The position numbers and the translations under genes are program-made. Under the pieces are notes generated by a model. The model was not told the DNA's origin. It saw only the letters and a list, made by a program, of their open reading frames with translations, and did not search any database. A stretch of DNA of 63,986 nucleotides, the filler included, from Gonapodya sp. JEL0774 (lineage: Eukaryota): assembly GCA_027604505.1 (NCBI GenBank). It is 3 parts of 3 records of this genome, joined end to end, with 100 filler letters (N's around TTAATTAATTAA, not from the genome) between each part and the next. Parts side by side here need not be neighbours in the genome. Positions count along the whole stretch, not along the records: positions 53,477 to 63,986 come from JADIIX010000378.1; 2 more parts are not named here. One strand, 5' to 3'. This document shows, piece by piece, positions 61,220 through 63,986 of this stretch. How positions within the stretch are numbered: the stretch's first letter is position 1; the number at the start of each line of letters is the position of its first letter.

Positions 61220-63907
61220 TCAGTGCTGTGTCCACTATAATTATGGAAGGCCAGAGGAATATTCAGGTCTGACAGACGCCTACCTGCATTGGGATTCGTA
61301 AGAATCACTCACCTGAATGCTCTTAATGTCCACCCCCTCCTGAACCATCTCCCATAAGGGGCTCATCTCTCTCAACCTTCCGACTACTTCACTGACACGC
61401 CTCACGACGTAATCCACCTCCTCCTCGGTCGTGTATCTTCCGATTCCAAATCTGATACTACTGTGTGCGATATCCTCGTCTGTTCCAAGTGCCCGGAGTA
61501 CGTAGCTCGGCTCCAAGCTCGCGCTGGTACAGGCGGAACCAGAGGAGAGAGCAATATCTTTGAGGGCCATGAGCAGAGATTCGCCCTCGACGTATGCGAA
61601 GGAGAGGTTCACGCAACCTGGGTAGCTGCGAGATGCGTCACCGTTCCGGAGGACATGTGGGACCGCAGATGTGAGGCCGTGGATGAGACGTTCCGATAGG
61701 CGCGAGATCCGGGCAGAGTCGAACTACAAAGCATCAAGAATTAAGAACCTGTCATCTCGTCGATTTTAGGTCACATTTTACTGACCTCCATCTCCCTCTC
61801 TGCAATCCGACAGGCCTCACCCAACCCCACCACTAACGGCACCGGAACTGTTCCACTCCTCAAACCTCGCTCCTGCCCTCCACCGCTGATAATGGGCTCC
61901 AACCGTACCCTGGGTCTCCGTCTCACGTACAGCGCACCGATTCCTTTGGGACCGTACAGTTTGTGACCAGAGATGGAGACGAGGTCGGCTTGCGTGGTGA
62001 CGACGGAGAAGGGGATCTTGCCAATGGCTTGAGCAGCATCGGTATGGCTGAGGTTGGAATCGGTGAATATGAAGTGCGTGGTAGGAAGCGGTTGGCGGAG
62101 GCAGTGGAAAGTTTGTAAAGCAAAACCTCTCAAGCAACTCGATCCATCTCCCAAGTACTTAAACTCACAAGAACACTTTGTGTTCCTTACATATCTTTCC
62201 AATCTCCTCAAGAGGCTGCACCACACCGATCTCGTTGTTGACTGCCATGATGGAGACCAGGACCGTATCTGGGCGGATGGCGGCGCGAAGGGTCTGAGTT
62301 GGTGATTCCACCCAGATGTTGAATGTAAGAGAGACAATGAGTCCACACTTTCACCGAGTGCAGCACCACGACCCACTCACGTCGAGATCCACCAAACCCC
62401 CTGTCCCGACCGGTAAATACGTCACTTCGAACCCTTCCTCCTGCAACTGCCTACAACTGTCCAGCACACACTTGTGCTCTGTTTGGGTGGTGATGACGTG
62501 CCGCTTCTTCCCCTTGTAGAAGCGTGCGCAACCCTTAATGGCGAGGTTGTTGGATTCGGTGGCGCCGGAGGTAAAGATGATTTCTTTAGGGTCAGCGGAG
62601 ATGAGGTGGGCAATGTGCTGGATGCGGAGGGTTCGGATCAAGGGAAAACCGAGTGAGTTATGGTTTGGGAATGTCACTCCCGTTCGTATTTTTGGTAGAT
62701 GGCGATTGCAAAATATGTGCGAGCACTCGTTGTTCGTCTCCGTGTTGGCGTGTCTCTCGATTGCCTACATCATTATCCGCTTGTCCGAGATCCGACCTGC
62801 CCCTTCCTCACCCCTCCTAAACTCACCGCTCTCGCTTCCTCCACGCCACCTTCGCCCTCCCATCCGAACTCATGTGTCCTGCTATGGGGATTACCAAACC
62901 GCTCTGTCAAGTATGGCATCATCTTCCCCAGAACCCTGGGATCCATCGGTGTCGTGGCCTGCATGTCGAGGTACACGGGGCGTCCTGAAGGGTTGCGGAT
63001 GAGCGATGAGGTAAAACCGGTGGGGGTGAGGGTTGGGGTGTAGGTGTGGAAGAGGTTGGTGACTAGGTTGTTGGGAGGAAAGAGCGCAGCGGTGGGGGAG
63101 AAGATCGAAGAAGGTGTCAGAGCACGAACACGGGTCAAGCAAGAGTCTGTTCGATGGTCTTCTAGCATACACTGGTAGCAAAAGTTCACACCAGCTCCGC
63201 GGGGCGCACAGCGATGTCGACCTCAGCAGCTCTCGAGCGAACGTCGGAGCAAAGTTACACCTCCCCTCCCAGCACGTGAAACTGAGATACAACAACGCAA
63301 GCAGCGTCTGAAAGTACTGCCCGACGTGCGAGAGAGTGGCTGAGAACTCCACACACAAGAAAAGTTACGAACCGACAACTCAACGGCTACTAAGAGGTAT
63401 TGGTCAACCCAGCATTCGGCCCACGTGGACCTCCAACCAGCATTTACTCTCTTCCACATTCCACCTGTTTACAGTACCTTGATCGAACTCTTTGTTTCTC
63501 AATGCCTGGATCTCCTCAAACGTGAGTTTTCTCCGTATTGACGTCGAGTCGTCATCCTCGCCCACGGCCACTACGGCTTGGGCTGAAGCCGAAGATGCTG
63601 TTGAGGTGGACACGGAGCGAGCAGTGGACGAGGGAGTGGTGGAAGAAATGGCCTGTGGTGCATATTGAGGCGAGGGAAGAGGCGACAACCCAGACAGCGA
63701 ACTTCGCAGAGAACTGGCGATTGACGACGTTGAAAACAATGCAGCTCCTCGGACCGCTGCATCAACCTTGACCGCCTCTCGTCGCGCCGAACTCGCCGCT
63801 CGAGTGGTAGCCCTTGCAACGCAGTTCTCGTGGAAACCGACTGTCCGTGCGAATCCGGATCGAGTCGCCGTCAACGCTACAGACGACAGACGCGACGAGA
63901 AAGACAT
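61220..63907 (-). CDS. NFS1: Mitochondrial cysteine desulfurase
   Basis: R/S/A-rich presequence; [65 protein letters not shown] (PLP lysine); [19 protein letters not shown] (catalytic Cys); [12 protein letters not shown]. Confidence 0.97.
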
Positions 63908-63986
63908 TGAATTTTCTCAAGTCACGGGGTCGGAAAACCTTCAGGGCTGGAAGGCGAGATCGGATTATCCCTTCGTTTTTTCCACG

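Overview
Intron-rich eukaryotic genomic DNA with short GT-AG introns and two N-gaps carrying TTAATTAATTAA scaffold spacers. Gene content and style suggest an early-diverging zoosporic fungus (chytrid/monoblepharid, Gonapodya-like); this is inference only. Recognisable genes: SPX-EXS (SYG1/XPR1 family), a TauD/TfdA dioxygenase strongly resembling bacterial SdpA, Mpv17/PMP22, a CBM48 protein, TatD DNase, CENP-C/Mif2, a long coiled-coil protein, an ABCG half-transporter, a truncated sulfotransferase, a Ser/Thr-rich single-pass membrane protein and NFS1. Accessory content: a TM-Cache-TM-HAMP receptor-like protein with no output domain, an ankyrin-SH3-RING protein, a tandem family of three secreted Cys-rich proteins (one a pseudogene), a CpG-decayed NOC2 fragment, a disrupted MYND gene, a CpG-depleted repeat block at the left end, and a GC-rich island in which two divergent genes share a repeat inside their introns. 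Exon structures were read by eye, so gene ends are approximate unless stated.
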